From Thermococcus sp. (GTDB taxonomy: Archaea; Methanobacteriota_B; Thermococci; Thermococcales; Thermococcaceae), in assembly GCF_017656495.1 (NCBI RefSeq), contig NZ_JACDNS010000012.1, forward strand, positions 1-59,211: 59,211 bases of DNA, written 5' to 3'. The position numbers and the translations under genes are program-made. Positions 21,225 through 32,293 of this stretch are shown here, one piece after another (position 1 is the first letter of the stretch; each line of letters begins with the position of its first letter). The notes under the pieces were generated by a model. That model made no database searches, was not told the DNA's origin, and worked only from the letters and a program-made list of their open reading frames with translations.

Positions 21225-21327
21225 AGCACCACCAAAGAAATGTGAAAAAGGATTCTTATAAATTTGAGGTAAACCTTAGGCTAAAAGTTATTAACCTCTC
21301 TGCATACTGTTAAACGGTGGTGTAAAA

Positions 21328-21837
21328 ATGTCCCATGAGGAGCACAGAGCAAAAGCTCCCAAGAAGTTTAAATTTGCAGTTATAACGGTCAGCGACACTG
21401 CAAGTGCCGGTAAAAGGGAAGACCTAAGCGGTTATTACATAATTGAAGAACTGAAGAAAGTAGGGAATGAAAACGTTTACTACAAGATTGTTCCAGATGA
21501 AAAACTTGCAATCCTCAAAGCAGTGCTTGAAGCCCTTGAAAAGGCCGACGTGGTAATAACGACAGGGGGAACAGGAGTAACGAGGAGAGATGTCACAATT
21601 GAAGTAATAAGACCCCTCTTTGATAAGGAGCTCCCAGGTTTTGGTGAGATCTTTAGATTGAAGAGCTTTGAGGAAATTGGGACCGCTGCTGTGCTGACAA
21701 GGGCAACAGCTGGAATTGTAAGGGACAAAGAAAGCAAAGTGGTCTTTTGCTTGCCAGGCAGCTTGAATGCCGTGAAAACTGGGATTGAAATAATCAAGAG
21801 AGAGGCCTATCATATCCTAAAGCACGCAAGAGAGTGA
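21328..21837 (+). CDS. moaB: molybdenum cofactor biosynthesis protein B (MoaB/MogA family)
   Basis: FAVITVSDT...GGTG is the MogA/MoaB fold signature. The gene sits directly upstream of moeA. Confidence 0.65.
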   Translation: MSHEEHRAKAPKKFKFAVITVSDTASAGKREDLSGYYIIEELKKVGNENVYYKIVPDEKLAILKAVLEALEKADVVITTGGTGVTRRDVTIEVIRPLFDKELPGFGEIFRLKSFEEIGTAAVLTRATAGIVRDKESKVVFCLPGSLNAVKTGIEIIKREAYHILKHARE

Positions 21838-21884
21838 GATAGTTACATAATCTATTGTTTTAATTAAGCAATTCGGTGATTCAA

Positions 21885-23075
21885 ATGCGCGAATTCAAAA
21901 AGCTCATGCCATATAAAGAGGCATTCCAGCTCATGATTAATGACATCAGTGAAATCCTAGATGTTGAAGAAGTAAGCCTGGACGAAGCCCTCGGAAGGGT
22001 TCTCGCTGAGAACGTGAAGAGTCCAATAGATTCGCCGCCTTTCGACCGTTCAGCAGTTGATGGCTACGCTGTAAGAGCTGAAGACACTTTCCAAGCGAGA
22101 GAATATGCCCCTGTTGAATTAGAGGTCATAGATGAGATAACTGCAGGGATGGAAAGCAAGGCAGAGGTCACACACGGAAAGGCTGTAAAACTCATGACGG
22201 GAAATAAACTGCCGAAAGGCGCTAATGCCGTCATCATGCAGGAACACGTAAAAAGGGAAGGGAACAAAATCTATGTATTGAGACCTGTTGCTCCGGGACA
22301 GAACGTTGCCTTCAAAGGTGAAGACATAAAGAAGGGTCAAATTATACTCAAGAAAGGACAAATCCTCAGACCTCAGGATGTGTCCCTCCTAAAAAGCGTT
22401 GGAATAAAGAGGGTGAAGGTTAAGAGAAAGCCAAGAGTTGGAATAATTGTCACGGGAGATGAGCTCATTGAAGAACTTGATGAAAGAGCTCTTGAAAGCG
22501 GTAAAATCTTGGAAAGCAACTCAATAATGCTGAAGGGCTTGGTTAAGCAGTACTTCGGAGAGCCGGTGTTTTATGGGGTTTTACCTGACGATGAAAGCAT
22601 TATCAGAGAAAGGCTTGAGAAAGCTAAGAGCGAGTGTGATCTGGTTTTAATCACAGGAGGTAGCGCATTTGGAGACAAGGACTTTGCCCATAGATTCGTT
22701 AATCTGCTCTTCCATGGAACCACAATAAAGCCAGGGAGACCTGTTGGATATGGGGGAAGAGTCTTTGTCATGAGTGGTTATCCAGTTGCAGTTTTTGCTC
22801 AGTTCCATCTTTTCGTCAAATACGCTCTTGCAAAGCTTGTTGGAGCAAACTTCAAGCCAGCTAAAGTTAAGGCAAAGCTGACAGCAAAGGTTTCATCAAC
22901 TTTGGGAAGGTATGAGTTTGTCAAGGTTTGGTATGAGGATGGAAAAGCAAAGCCAATAAGGAAAAGTGGAAGTGGGCTGATAAGCTCTTTAGTGGAGAGC
23001 AATGGATACATAACGATTCCAGAGGACAGCGAGGGTTACCTAGAAGGAGAGGAAGTTGAGGTAGTGCTTTACTAG
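21885..23075 (+). CDS. moeA: molybdopterin molybdotransferase MoeA
   Basis: MoeA N-terminal domain (LSLDEALGRVLAE, DRSAVDGYAV) and a C-terminal MoCF-binding domain are present. Start trimmed to the ATG that has GGTGA 5 nt upstream. Confidence 0.75.
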   Translation: MREFKKLMPYKEAFQLMINDISEILDVEEVSLDEALGRVLAENVKSPIDSPPFDRSAVDGYAVRAEDTFQAREYAPVELEVIDEITAGMESKAEVTHGKAVKLMTGNKLPKGANAVIMQEHVKREGNKIYVLRPVAPGQNVAFKGEDIKKGQIILKKGQILRPQDVSLLKSVGIKRVKVKRKPRVGIIVTGDELIEELDERALESGKILESNSIMLKGLVKQYFGEPVFYGVLPDDESIIRERLEKAKSECDLVLITGGSAFGDKDFAHRFVNLLFHGTTIKPGRPVGYGGRVFVMSGYPVAVFAQFHLFVKYALAKLVGANFKPAKVKAKLTAKVSSTLGRYEFVKVWYEDGKAKPIRKSGSGLISSLVESNGYITIPEDSEGYLEGEEVEVVLY

Positions 23076-23281
23076 TCTCTATTCTTCTTTCCTATATTCC
23101 CAATTATTTCCTTTGCTCCTTCAGGAAGAAAAGATGCATCTTGAAAATTCTCAACCATCTCTAAAATTTCTCTCCTCTCTTTCTCCCTTTCATCAAATGC
23201 CTGCACAATGGCATCATGCCTTGCCCAAGGTATTAATTCTTTGATAGGGTCAGACTCCTTACGAGAAGGAGCAACGCTCAT
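23072..23281 (-). CDS. possible small acidic protein (69 aa), hypothetical
   Basis: ORF only. It overlaps the moeA stop. I see no clear RBS. Confidence 0.2.
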   Translation of the reverse strand: MSVAPSRKESDPIKELIPWARHDAIVQAFDEREKERREILEMVENFQDASFLPEGAKEIIGNIGKKNRD

Positions 23282-23461
23282 TTCTTTAACACCCAGAAAT
23301 AAGATTGCGTCTGGGCTAAATAAGCTTTTCTCTGCATTTTTTGCAGAATTTAGGGCTAAATCTACAAAATTTGAAGAGTATCTAAATGTTCATTCTGAAT
23401 TCGGTAAATAGTTTAAAATTCAAACATTGGGTTCTGATTAAGATTCCAAGGGTCTTAATTT

Positions 23462-23794
23462 TTATCTCTTCAAAGTTTTCAGGGCTTCTGCAAACCTCTG
23501 AATTACATCGTCAGGTGCAAATCTCTTTGGAGTTCTCTTGAGCCTTGGCTCTTTTCCGTTTATATACTCCTCAAGAACTCTTATCCCCTCTTCCCACGCC
23601 TCGGTGAGGTTATTCACGGGATCAAAGAGTTCATCAACATAATACCAGCTTTCAGTCTTTCTATCATAGACCATTATCACGGGATAAACTTCATCATCTT
23701 TACAAGGGCATTCTGAGTCTACACTAAGTTCAATAATGAAATCTCCCACCTCAATGTAGCCTTCCTCTCTCAGTCTCTCCTTCCACTCTTCCAT
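23462..23794 (-). CDS. hypothetical 110-aa protein
   Basis: ATG-initiated ORF with protein-like composition. Contains a CPC motif. I do not recognise a family. Confidence 0.4.
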   Translation of the reverse strand: MEEWKERLREEGYIEVGDFIIELSVDSECPCKDDEVYPVIMVYDRKTESWYYVDELFDPVNNLTEAWEEGIRVLEEYINGKEPRLKRTPKRFAPDDVIQRFAEALKTLKR

Positions 23795-23880
23795 GCTCTC
23801 ACCAACTTATGAAAAAGTTTTCATAGATTTAAGGCTAACGCTTAAAGGATTGATTGCTAAATTAGTGTGGGGGTGAAGAG

Positions 23881-24525
23881 ATGAGGATTATAGCGATAAC
23901 AGACATCCATGGTAATGAAAACAAAGTGAAATGGCTCATAGAAAAAATAAAGGATGAGAAATTTGATGTTCTCCTTATAGCCGGGGATATAACTCATTTC
24001 AAAGGAAGGAAAAGTGCAGGAAAGATTTTAAGTTACTTTTTGGAACTTAATAAGTCCATTTATGCCGTAATGGGTAACTGTGACGGTAGAGACGTCTTAG
24101 ATTTACTTGAAGAACTTGGAATCAGTCTTCATAACAGAAGAATTGAGATCAGCGGAATTGGGATTGTGGGATTTGGTGGCTCAAACATAACTCCTTTCTC
24201 AACAATCTGGGAGTTTCATGACGATGAAATCTGGGAGAGCCTAAACAAAAACTACCGCGATGGAGACATTTTGCTTATGCATGTTCCTCCGTACAAAACA
24301 AAAGTCGATAAGACCTTTACTGGGCTCCACGTGGGGAGCAAAGCTTTAAGAAAATTCATAGAAGAAAAGCAACCACCTTTAGTTATCTGCGGTCATATTC
24401 ACGAAGCGAGAGGCATTGATGAAATTGGAAAAACGCTTATAGTAAACCCGGGTCCTCTTTTCAGAGGACATTATGCTGTGATCGACATAAATGAAGAAAG
24501 GAAAGTGAGCATAACATTATACTAG
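23881..24525 (+). CDS. calcineurin-like metallophosphoesterase
   Basis: ITDIHGN, GDITHF, GNCD and GHIHE are motifs I-V of the phosphoesterase family. GGGGTGA lies upstream as an RBS. Confidence 0.65.
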   Translation: MRIIAITDIHGNENKVKWLIEKIKDEKFDVLLIAGDITHFKGRKSAGKILSYFLELNKSIYAVMGNCDGRDVLDLLEELGISLHNRRIEISGIGIVGFGGSNITPFSTIWEFHDDEIWESLNKNYRDGDILLMHVPPYKTKVDKTFTGLHVGSKALRKFIEEKQPPLVICGHIHEARGIDEIGKTLIVNPGPLFRGHYAVIDINEERKVSITLY

Positions 24526-25686
24526 CTTCTTCTCCTTCAGCACTTTTTCCATTCTGTCCATGGCCTCTTCAAGCTTCTCATAAGCTGTTGCATAGCTGAT
24601 CCTTATATAACCCTCTCCGGCTCGTCCAAAAGCACTTCCCGGAACTACTACAACTTTTGCTTCCTTAATCATAAGCTCGCTGAACTCTTTGCTCGTTAGT
24701 CCAGTGTCTTTTATGCGTGGGAAGATGTAGAACGCCCCTTTAGGCTTGACTGTCGGTAGTCCCATCTCATTTAAGCGCTTCCAGACCATCTGCCTCCTTC
24801 TGTCGTATTCCTTGCGCATCTCCTCAACGGCCTTCCAGCTCCTTTCGTCCCTCAAAGCCTTAGCAGCTGCATACTGAACAAACGTCACGGGACAAGTTGC
24901 ATTGTACATCTGAAATCTAACCATCTTCTCAATAACCCACTCTGGAGCAGCGACGAAGCCAAGTCTCCAACCAGTCATTGCAAAAGTCTTTGAGAAGCCA
25001 TTTATTGTGATAGTCCTCTCAAACATTCCATCAAGGGAGGCAATGCTGTAGTTCCTAACGCCATCATAGACAAAATACTCGTAAACCTCATCGCTCAAAA
25101 TAATCAAATCATGCTCGACTGCAAAATCTGCAATCTCTTCAAGGTCTTTTTTAGTTAGAACTGACCCAGTTGGATTGTTTGGGCTATTGAGTATCAGAGC
25201 TCTCGTTTTTGGAGTTATGTACTTCTTAAGCTCATCAACATTCAGGCGGAATTCATTTTCTTCATAAGTTGGAACCTCCACGGGCTTTCCTCCAGCTAAA
25301 ATCACAGCGGGAGCATAGCTGACAAACATCGGTGAGGGGATTAAAACTTCATCTCCATCCTTAAGAAATGTTGCAAATCCCATCAGTAAAGCTTGATTAG
25401 CGCCGACAGTTATAATAATTTGCGTTTTAGGGTCTGCATCAATGCCATTATCCCTCTTCAGCTTTTCAGCAACCGCTTCTCTAAGCTCTAAGATTCCAGC
25501 ATTAGGGCTATAATGCGTTAGCCCCTTGTCCAAAGCTTCTTTTGCATACTCTTTGATATGCTCTGGCGTATCAAAATCCGGCTCTCCAATTCCTAATGAG
25601 ATTATTCCCTCAATACCTTGAGCCAAATCAAAAAGCTTTCTAATTTCAGAAGGATTTACACGTTCCAATACATCACTTAGCGCCAT
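24517..25686 (-). CDS. class I/II (aspartate-type) aminotransferase
   Basis: MALSDVLERVNPSEIRKLFDLAQ is the typical AAT start, and SFSKTFAMTGWRLGF carries the PLP lysine. Start trimmed; the ORF-track N-terminal extension is rejected. GGTGA RBS present. Confidence 0.75.
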   Translation of the reverse strand: MALSDVLERVNPSEIRKLFDLAQGIEGIISLGIGEPDFDTPEHIKEYAKEALDKGLTHYSPNAGILELREAVAEKLKRDNGIDADPKTQIIITVGANQALLMGFATFLKDGDEVLIPSPMFVSYAPAVILAGGKPVEVPTYEENEFRLNVDELKKYITPKTRALILNSPNNPTGSVLTKKDLEEIADFAVEHDLIILSDEVYEYFVYDGVRNYSIASLDGMFERTITINGFSKTFAMTGWRLGFVAAPEWVIEKMVRFQMYNATCPVTFVQYAAAKALRDERSWKAVEEMRKEYDRRRQMVWKRLNEMGLPTVKPKGAFYIFPRIKDTGLTSKEFSELMIKEAKVVVVPGSAFGRAGEGYIRISYATAYEKLEEAMDRMEKVLKEKKLV

Positions 25687-25771
25687 GAGAATCACCAAAA
25701 TGAACTCAGCTTTGAGACTTATAATTTTGCCGCTGTAAAATATTCGATTTAGAAAAAATGACATCGAAAAA

Positions 25772-27370
25772 TTACAAATAAACAGCAAACTTCTCCAAAA
25801 CCAATACATTAAGTCTTGCCTTTCTGAAACTGTTAAGGGCATCTCTAGGTGAGCAAACTATCGGCTCACCGTGCATATTAAATGAAGTATTTAGCACAGC
25901 ACCAACTCCACTCTGCTTTTCAAAGAGCTTAATTATGTCATAGTACTTCGGGTTATCTTCTCTTTCAAGAGTCTGAGGTCTCGTCGTGCCGTCAACATGA
26001 ACAACGGCTGGGGCTTCCCTTGCAAATTCTTCTGTGGCATAGTAGCTCATCGTCATAAACTTGTTTGGATATGGGTCAACCAAATACTCGCTAATCCTCT
26101 TTTCTAAAATCGTAGGTGCAAATGGCTGAAATACATCCCTCTTCAAAGCCAAGTTGAGTTTTTCTTTAACGCCCTCATTCCTTGGGTCAGCTAAAATAGA
26201 GCGGTTGCCCAAAGCTCTTGGTCCAAATTCCATTTTTCCTTGGAAGAATGCAACAATTTTTCCATCAATTAGGGAATCAGAAACAAATTTAGACACATCG
26301 TTGATTTCCTCATACATAACTCCCTCTTTCCTCAAAAATTCCTCAATTTCACCCTCAGAGTAAGAAGGCCCCAAATAAACATGCTTCAGCTTAAATGGCT
26401 TCCACTTACCATCTAGTCTTTCAAGCTGTGATTTAACATAAACCGCAGCTCCAAAGGCTAAACCACCGTCATGCATCGCTGGAAACACCCACAAATCTGG
26501 AAAGTGCCTTCTGAGGATCATGTTCGCCTTAACATTCTGTGCAACTCCTCCAGCATAAGCCAAGGGCAGTCCATACTTTGTAAGCTTAAGCCCAAGCTCA
26601 TCAACAATCTTCTCTAGATGCTTCTGAGCTGACGCTGCTATCTCAATGGCTTTTTGCTCTAATTCTCCGCTGAGTTTCCCCCTCTTTAAGTTGGCAGAAA
26701 CTTCCTTAGCTTTCTCAAATGGGAACCTAAAAAATTCAGCTAGTTTTTTAGTTGCTTCAATTCCAACGACTTTAATATGATTCTCAAATGTCAATCCGTT
26801 AAGCTCGATTATCGCGGATAACTCATAGCTTGGCTTTCCATAAGCTGCCAGGCTCATCACCTTGCCCTCATGCCTCATAGGCTTAAATCCCAAAAGCTCC
26901 GTAACCGATGCGTAGAAATCTCCTAAAGAGTCAAGATATGTGCTTTGGGCAATCCTAATCATCTCACCATCTCTGCAGATATAGATTGATGAGCTTAAGC
27001 CATCTCCAGCGGCGTCTATGCTTAAAGCTAAAGCCTCTCTCCAGCCGGAAGTGAGGTAAGCTGAGGCTGCGTGAGCAAGGTGATGTTCAACATAGAGAAC
27101 TTTTCTCTTAAAATCTTTCCCAAAAATCTTCGCTAAGTTCTTTTCAAGCTCCAAAAGACGGGAGCGCTTTCTAAAGATACCAGCAACTGCAATGATTTCA
27201 ACTTCTTCCGGATTTACATCTCCCATTTCAAGCACTTTGGCTATGCTCAGCTCTGGAAAGCCGCGATAGTGCTTAATTCGGTTGAGTCTCTCTTCATTAA
27301 CTGCATAAATTTCTTCATCTTTAATTAGAACTGCTCCAGCATCATGGCCATCGTGAATTCCAAGTATCAT
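25772..27370 (-). CDS. NodU/CmcH-family carbamoyltransferase
   Basis: N-terminal Kae1/ASKHA-like MILGIHDGHDAGAVLI. C-terminal YrdC-like half (FNMHGEPIV). 532 aa. Confidence 0.7.
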   Translation of the reverse strand: MILGIHDGHDAGAVLIKDEEIYAVNEERLNRIKHYRGFPELSIAKVLEMGDVNPEEVEIIAVAGIFRKRSRLLELEKNLAKIFGKDFKRKVLYVEHHLAHAASAYLTSGWREALALSIDAAGDGLSSSIYICRDGEMIRIAQSTYLDSLGDFYASVTELLGFKPMRHEGKVMSLAAYGKPSYELSAIIELNGLTFENHIKVVGIEATKKLAEFFRFPFEKAKEVSANLKRGKLSGELEQKAIEIAASAQKHLEKIVDELGLKLTKYGLPLAYAGGVAQNVKANMILRRHFPDLWVFPAMHDGGLAFGAAVYVKSQLERLDGKWKPFKLKHVYLGPSYSEGEIEEFLRKEGVMYEEINDVSKFVSDSLIDGKIVAFFQGKMEFGPRALGNRSILADPRNEGVKEKLNLALKRDVFQPFAPTILEKRISEYLVDPYPNKFMTMSYYATEEFAREAPAVVHVDGTTRPQTLEREDNPKYYDIIKLFEKQSGVGAVLNTSFNMHGEPIVCSPRDALNSFRKARLNVLVLEKFAVYL

Positions 27371-27503
27371 GATTTCTCATAGATAAGATAGTTTTTAAAT
27401 TTTGACTGATCTTTTGTATGTTGCAAATACCTACAGAAATTTGTTAAAAAGGCAAGAGAAATGTTTAAATTCCACTAAAATGGATTATCTCACGGTGGTT
27501 TAA

Positions 27504-27881
27504 ATGAAGAAAGTAGTAGTCTCGATATTAACGTTGTTTCTCATTGGTGTAACCTTTGCTATGCCCATTAATGCCACCACTTCAACAAGCGATGAGGGAG
27601 GATATGCAGCACTTTCGATAGTATGGTACTACCTATACCTCAGGAATGAGCAAAAATTTGATCAGCTCTATAATCAGAGCATCCAGCTTGGAGTTGACAA
27701 CCAGACTCTAACACTAGCTCTCGAATTAAAGCAGAACGCAACGATTTATTTCAATGAATCAATAGCATATGGACGCCCAGAGGAGGGCAAGCTTCCAATA
27801 CTCTGGAAAATTAGACTTGCATACTTGACAATTAAGGAAGCCCTGGCTGTTCTTGAGAACGCAATACAAACCTTGTCTTGA
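27504..27881 (+). CDS. small secreted or membrane-anchored protein with signal peptide
   Basis: MKKVVVSILTLFLIGVTFA is a signal peptide. GGTGG lies upstream as an RBS. Confidence 0.4.
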   Translation: MKKVVVSILTLFLIGVTFAMPINATTSTSDEGGYAALSIVWYYLYLRNEQKFDQLYNQSIQLGVDNQTLTLALELKQNATIYFNESIAYGRPEEGKLPILWKIRLAYLTIKEALAVLENAIQTLS

Positions 27882-27925
27882 TTTTTATTTCTAAATAAAT
27901 TAGTGAAATTAGAAAAAAGACGAGC

Positions 27926-29368
27926 TCAATAAGTCCTTGCAAACCTTGCAATAAACCTTGCCTCTTTTCCACAGTGAGCACACTTTTTGCCTTCAATTTT
28001 TGCCTCTTCCTCTGGATATGGAATTCCAAGCATCTTTGCATCGAGGATTTCTTCCATCTCAAGCCCACAGCTTTCCTCACCACACCACGGAATTTCAACG
28101 ACTCCCCTTCTGTCTTCAAAGACTTCTTTTGCCTCTTCAAGTGTGTCAACTCTCTTAATGTGGCTGTCGAGGAACTCTTTAGCTCTTGCATAGAGGTTCT
28201 CCATTATTGCATCAAGTGTTTCTCTGACCTTTTCAACAAGCTCAGCTCTCTCAACTGTGAACTTCTCAAGGGTGTCTCTTCTTGCGAGCACAGCCTTTTG
28301 TCCTTCAACATCTCTTGGCCCCACTTCAATCCTTAGTGGAACTCCCTTAAGCTCCCAGTCATAGAACTTCCTTCCTGGCCTTATGTCCCTCTCATCAACA
28401 TGGACCCTTATGCCAGCGGTCTTAAGCTCCTCAGCAATCTCTCTTGCATAGGTGAAAACATCATACGGTGAATCCTTCTTTGGAATTGGAACTATAACCA
28501 CTTGAATTGGTGCAATTGTTGGTGGGAGAACCATACCTCTGTCATCCCCGTGGACAGCAATGACAGCGGCCAAAAGTCTCTCGCTCATTCCATAGGTTGT
28601 CTGGTGAACGTATTCATGGGTTCCATCTTCTTTCTCATACATTATGTTGTATGCTTTTGCGAAGTTCTGCTTGTAGTTGTGCATCGTTCCTATCTGCAGG
28701 GTTCTTCCATCGGGCATTATGACCTCTGCACCGAGGGAGTAATAAGCTCCTGGGAACTTGTCCCACTCTGGTCTCTTTGAGACTATATAGGGTAATGCAA
28801 GCTTCTTAGCCAAGTTGTCAAATATTTCTAGGTCCTCTTTTATCTGCCTCTCTGCATCTTCAAAGCTGTCGTGGGCTGTATGAGCTTCGAAGAATCTGCT
28901 AATCTCTCTAACTCTAATCAGTGGTCTTGTATGCTTTGTCTCGTATCTATAAACATTGACAATCTGGTATATTTTGAAGGGCAGGTCTGCATGAGAGCGA
29001 ATCCAAAGCGCGAACATTGAATACATGGCAGTCTCACTTGTAGGTCTGAGAATTAGTCTCACATCTAAAGGATCGTGACCTGCATGAGTTACCCAAAATA
29101 CTTCCCCCTCAAATCCAGCTATGTGCTCGGCTTCCTTTTGGAACTCGGTCTCTGGAATTAAAGCTGGGAATAAGACTTCTTGATGTCCTGTTCTCTCCAT
29201 CTCTTCATGGATGAACTTTTCGATGTTTCTCATTATCTTAAGGCCATAAGGTAACCAGATGTTCATTCCCTTTACCGGATACCTTTTATCTTGTATTCCG
29301 GCCGTTTCAATAAGCTCATTGTACCACTCGCTGAAGTTGTTCTGCCATTTGTTTCGCTCTACCTTCAT
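27926..29368 (-). CDS. proS: prolyl-tRNA synthetase (archaeal/eukaryotic type)
   Basis: [31 protein letters not shown] matches the archaeal ProRS N-terminus. Class II motifs and a C-terminal zinc domain (CGEESC...CAHCGK) are present. Confidence 0.9.
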   Translation of the reverse strand: MKVERNKWQNNFSEWYNELIETAGIQDKRYPVKGMNIWLPYGLKIMRNIEKFIHEEMERTGHQEVLFPALIPETEFQKEAEHIAGFEGEVFWVTHAGHDPLDVRLILRPTSETAMYSMFALWIRSHADLPFKIYQIVNVYRYETKHTRPLIRVREISRFFEAHTAHDSFEDAERQIKEDLEIFDNLAKKLALPYIVSKRPEWDKFPGAYYSLGAEVIMPDGRTLQIGTMHNYKQNFAKAYNIMYEKEDGTHEYVHQTTYGMSERLLAAVIAVHGDDRGMVLPPTIAPIQVVIVPIPKKDSPYDVFTYAREIAEELKTAGIRVHVDERDIRPGRKFYDWELKGVPLRIEVGPRDVEGQKAVLARRDTLEKFTVERAELVEKVRETLDAIMENLYARAKEFLDSHIKRVDTLEEAKEVFEDRRGVVEIPWCGEESCGLEMEEILDAKMLGIPYPEEEAKIEGKKCAHCGKEARFIARFARTY

Positions 29369-29470
29369 AACACCACCTACCCCTTAAGACTTCAGAAGAA
29401 GTTTTTAATTTTTCGCTTGGAATCAAAAAGATTTATTAGCTCGTTTCGATAAACGTCTAAAGGTGATAGC

Positions 29471-30472
29471 ATGAAACCAAAAGTTGCCGTATTGTTTAAG
29501 ATGAAAAGTAAGCCACTAGAGGAGCTTAGGAGATATTGTGATGTTGATGTCCTGCTTTATCCCGAGAAAGAAGATCTCATCAGAGTAATCCACCAATATG
29601 ATGCTCTCATAGTTTCACCTCTTAACAAAATTGATAGAGAAATAATTGAGAAAGCCGGGAAACTTAAAGTTATAAGCTGTCATTCAGCGGGTTATGACCA
29701 CGTTGATATTGATATAGCGACGAAAAAAGGCATTTATGTTACTAAAGTGAGCGGAGTTTTAAGTGAGGCCGTTGCTGAGTTCGCCATCGGCTTAATGATT
29801 GCTTTGCTCAGAAAGATAGCTTATTCGGATAAATTTATCAGACAAGGAAAATGGGAATCTCATAAAGTTATATGGAGTGGTTTTAAGGAAATTGAGACCG
29901 TTTACGGCAAAAAGGTTGGAATTCTCGGTATGGGAGCAATTGGAAAAGCGATAGCAAGGAGAGCCAAAGCCTTAGGAACTGAAATTCTATACTGGTCAAG
30001 GAGCAGAAAAGAAGACATAGAAAAGGAAGTTGATGCAAAATATCTGCCCTTTGAAGAGGTTCTCAAACAGAGCGACATCATCGTTCTGGCACTTCCGGCG
30101 ACAAAAGAGACATACCACATAATTAACGAGGAGAGACTCAAGCTCATGGAAGGCAAATACCTTGTAAACATTGGACGTGGAGTATTGGTTGACGAAAAAG
30201 CTGTGATTAAAGCTCTCAAAGAAGGAAAGCTGAAAGGCTATGCAACAGATGTCTTTGAAAAGGAGCCTATCCAAGAGAGTGAGCTGTTTGAAATGGAATG
30301 GGAGACAGTTTTAACACCTCATTACGCTGGCCTCTCTAAAGAATCAATGGAAGATATGGGATTTCAAGCGGTTAAAAATCTGCTCAAACTTCTAAGAGGG
30401 GAGATTCCAGAGGATTTAGTAAACAAGGACGTGCTAAAAGTCAGGCCAATTGAAAGCATAAAAATGCTATGA
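29471..30472 (+). CDS. gyaR: D-2-hydroxyacid dehydrogenase (glyoxylate reductase-like)
   Basis: GILGMGAIGKAIARRAKALG is the NAD Rossmann motif, with a catalytic His/Glu/Arg arrangement. 333 aa, as for Thermococcales GyaR. Confidence 0.7.
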   Translation: MKPKVAVLFKMKSKPLEELRRYCDVDVLLYPEKEDLIRVIHQYDALIVSPLNKIDREIIEKAGKLKVISCHSAGYDHVDIDIATKKGIYVTKVSGVLSEAVAEFAIGLMIALLRKIAYSDKFIRQGKWESHKVIWSGFKEIETVYGKKVGILGMGAIGKAIARRAKALGTEILYWSRSRKEDIEKEVDAKYLPFEEVLKQSDIIVLALPATKETYHIINEERLKLMEGKYLVNIGRGVLVDEKAVIKALKEGKLKGYATDVFEKEPIQESELFEMEWETVLTPHYAGLSKESMEDMGFQAVKNLLKLLRGEIPEDLVNKDVLKVRPIESIKML

Positions 30473-30481
30473 GGTGATAGT

Positions 30482-31483
30482 ATGAAACACCTAATTAAGG
30501 AACTTAGAGAGATAACCCAGATCCCAGGGATTTCTGGATATGAGGAGAAAGTTAGAGAAAAGCTTATTGAATGGATTGAGCCTTTCGCTGATTATAAGGT
30601 TGACAGGATGGGCAACCTAATAGTTGAGCTTGGAGAAGGGGATGAAAAGGCAATTTTCATGGCACATATGGACGAAATTGGAGTTCTAATTACAGGGATA
30701 ACAAATGATGGAAAGCTGAAGTTCAGGAAAATCGGCGGCATTGATGACAGACTATTGATTGGTAGACATGTGGATGTGATAACAGAGAATGGAAAGCTCG
30801 ATGGAGTTATAGGAGTTACACCAGTTCACCTCAACCTCGAGAGGAAGTTTGACACGATTCCTTGGCATGCATTGGAGATCGATATTGGTGCAGAATCAAA
30901 AGAGGAAGCCCTATCACTGGGGGTCAAGCCTCTGGATTATGCTGTATTCAAAAAGCACTTTGCTGTTTTAAACAATCGCTATGTTGCAACTCGCTCTCTT
31001 GATGACCGCTTTGGTGTTGTTGCACTGTTTGAGGCTATCAAAGATTTAGTTGATCACGACTTGAATGGAAAATTCATTTTCGCCTTCACCGTGCAGGAGG
31101 AGATAGGGCTTAAGGGCGCTAAGTTTTTGGCGGAGCATTACAGCCCAGAGTTTGCTTTTGCCATCGACTCCTTTGCGTGCTGCTCCTTCTTAACGGGAGA
31201 CGTTAAATTAGGCAGAGGTGCTGGGATTAGGGCTGTGGACAACTCAGCAGTTTACACAAGAAAACTCGCAAAGAGAGTTGTTGAGATAGCTGAGAAGAAC
31301 GGGATACTCCTTCAGATAGGTGTCACCGGCGGAGGGACTGATGCCTCTGTGTTCCAGCACAAAAGCGAAGTTCTTGCCTTAAGTGTGCCGATTAAATATC
31401 TGCACAGCGAGGTGGAGATGCTTCACTTGAATGATTTAGATGCCCTGATAAAGCTGATTGAGGCAATAGTGTTTGAGCTTTAA
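30482..31483 (+). CDS. M42-family (TET/FrvX) aminopeptidase
   Basis: IPGISGYEEKVRE, AHMDEIG and FTVQEEIGLKGA are characteristic of M42. Confidence 0.75.
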   Translation: MKHLIKELREITQIPGISGYEEKVREKLIEWIEPFADYKVDRMGNLIVELGEGDEKAIFMAHMDEIGVLITGITNDGKLKFRKIGGIDDRLLIGRHVDVITENGKLDGVIGVTPVHLNLERKFDTIPWHALEIDIGAESKEEALSLGVKPLDYAVFKKHFAVLNNRYVATRSLDDRFGVVALFEAIKDLVDHDLNGKFIFAFTVQEEIGLKGAKFLAEHYSPEFAFAIDSFACCSFLTGDVKLGRGAGIRAVDNSAVYTRKLAKRVVEIAEKNGILLQIGVTGGGTDASVFQHKSEVLALSVPIKYLHSEVEMLHLNDLDALIKLIEAIVFEL

Positions 31484-31497
31484 ATGGAGGTGATTAA

Positions 31498-32262
31498 TTG
31501 CTTAAATATATCAGCTATTTCGCAGTTGGTGTTTTCATAGGAATCTTAGCTGCTCTTTTCGGATTGGGCGGGGGTTTTTTGATAGTCCCCACACTTAACC
31601 TCTTGGGAGTTGAGATTCATCACGCTGTAGGGACGTCATCAGCAGCTGTTGTGTTTACTTCGCTTAGTTCTGCTTTAGCGTATTCAAGGCAGAAAAGAGT
31701 TCATTACAAAGCTGGACTCCTATTGGCAAGCACTGCAATAATCGGAGCATACATTGGGGCTTGGATGACATCTCTGCTGAATCCAGCACAGCTTAAGGTG
31801 ATCTTTGGTGCTACGTTAATACTCGTTGCAATTAGGATTTACCGCAAGAAGACAGCAGAGCCAAGTGAAGTTAAGTTAGAGGATGTTAAAATAAATTACA
31901 AGCTCGTTCCAGTTGGTGGATTTTTCGCTGGAATAGCCTCAGGGCTACTCGGCGTTGGAGGGGGAATAGTAAATGTCCCATTCCTTGTTTGGCTTGGAAT
32001 GCCAATTCACTATGCCGTTGCAACTTCAAGCTTTGCAATAGTTTTCACCGCTACAACTGGGGCAATCAAGCATTACATGATGGGAAACGTTGAAATTCAG
32101 TGGCTTGTTCTTTTGGTTCCTGGCTTAATAATCGGGGCACAGCTCGGAGCGAGGATAGCGAAGAGAACTAAGGCTTCAAACTTGAAAAAAGCATTTGCAG
32201 TAGTTTTAGCTTTATTAGCCCTGAGAATGATTTTAAAAGGTCTGGGAATTGCAGTTCCGTAA
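31498..32262 (+). CDS. TauE/SafE-family anion exporter (paralog 1)
   Basis: Internally duplicated 4+4 TM architecture with GGGFLIVP and GVGGGI.NVP motifs. TTG start with GGAGGTGA RBS. Confidence 0.6.
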   Translation: MLKYISYFAVGVFIGILAALFGLGGGFLIVPTLNLLGVEIHHAVGTSSAAVVFTSLSSALAYSRQKRVHYKAGLLLASTAIIGAYIGAWMTSLLNPAQLKVIFGATLILVAIRIYRKKTAEPSEVKLEDVKINYKLVPVGGFFAGIASGLLGVGGGIVNVPFLVWLGMPIHYAVATSSFAIVFTATTGAIKHYMMGNVEIQWLVLLVPGLIIGAQLGARIAKRTKASNLKKAFAVVLALLALRMILKGLGIAVP

Positions 32263-32293
32263 TCTTTAAAATCGTTCTTTTGTACTCTTTTTC

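Noticed and set aside
25687-25842. The ORF track gives the aminotransferase a 52-aa N-terminal extension that overlaps the carbamoyltransferase stop.
   Set aside because: The typical AAT start MALSDVLERVNPS with GGTGA RBS is internal. The extension is hydrophobic junk.
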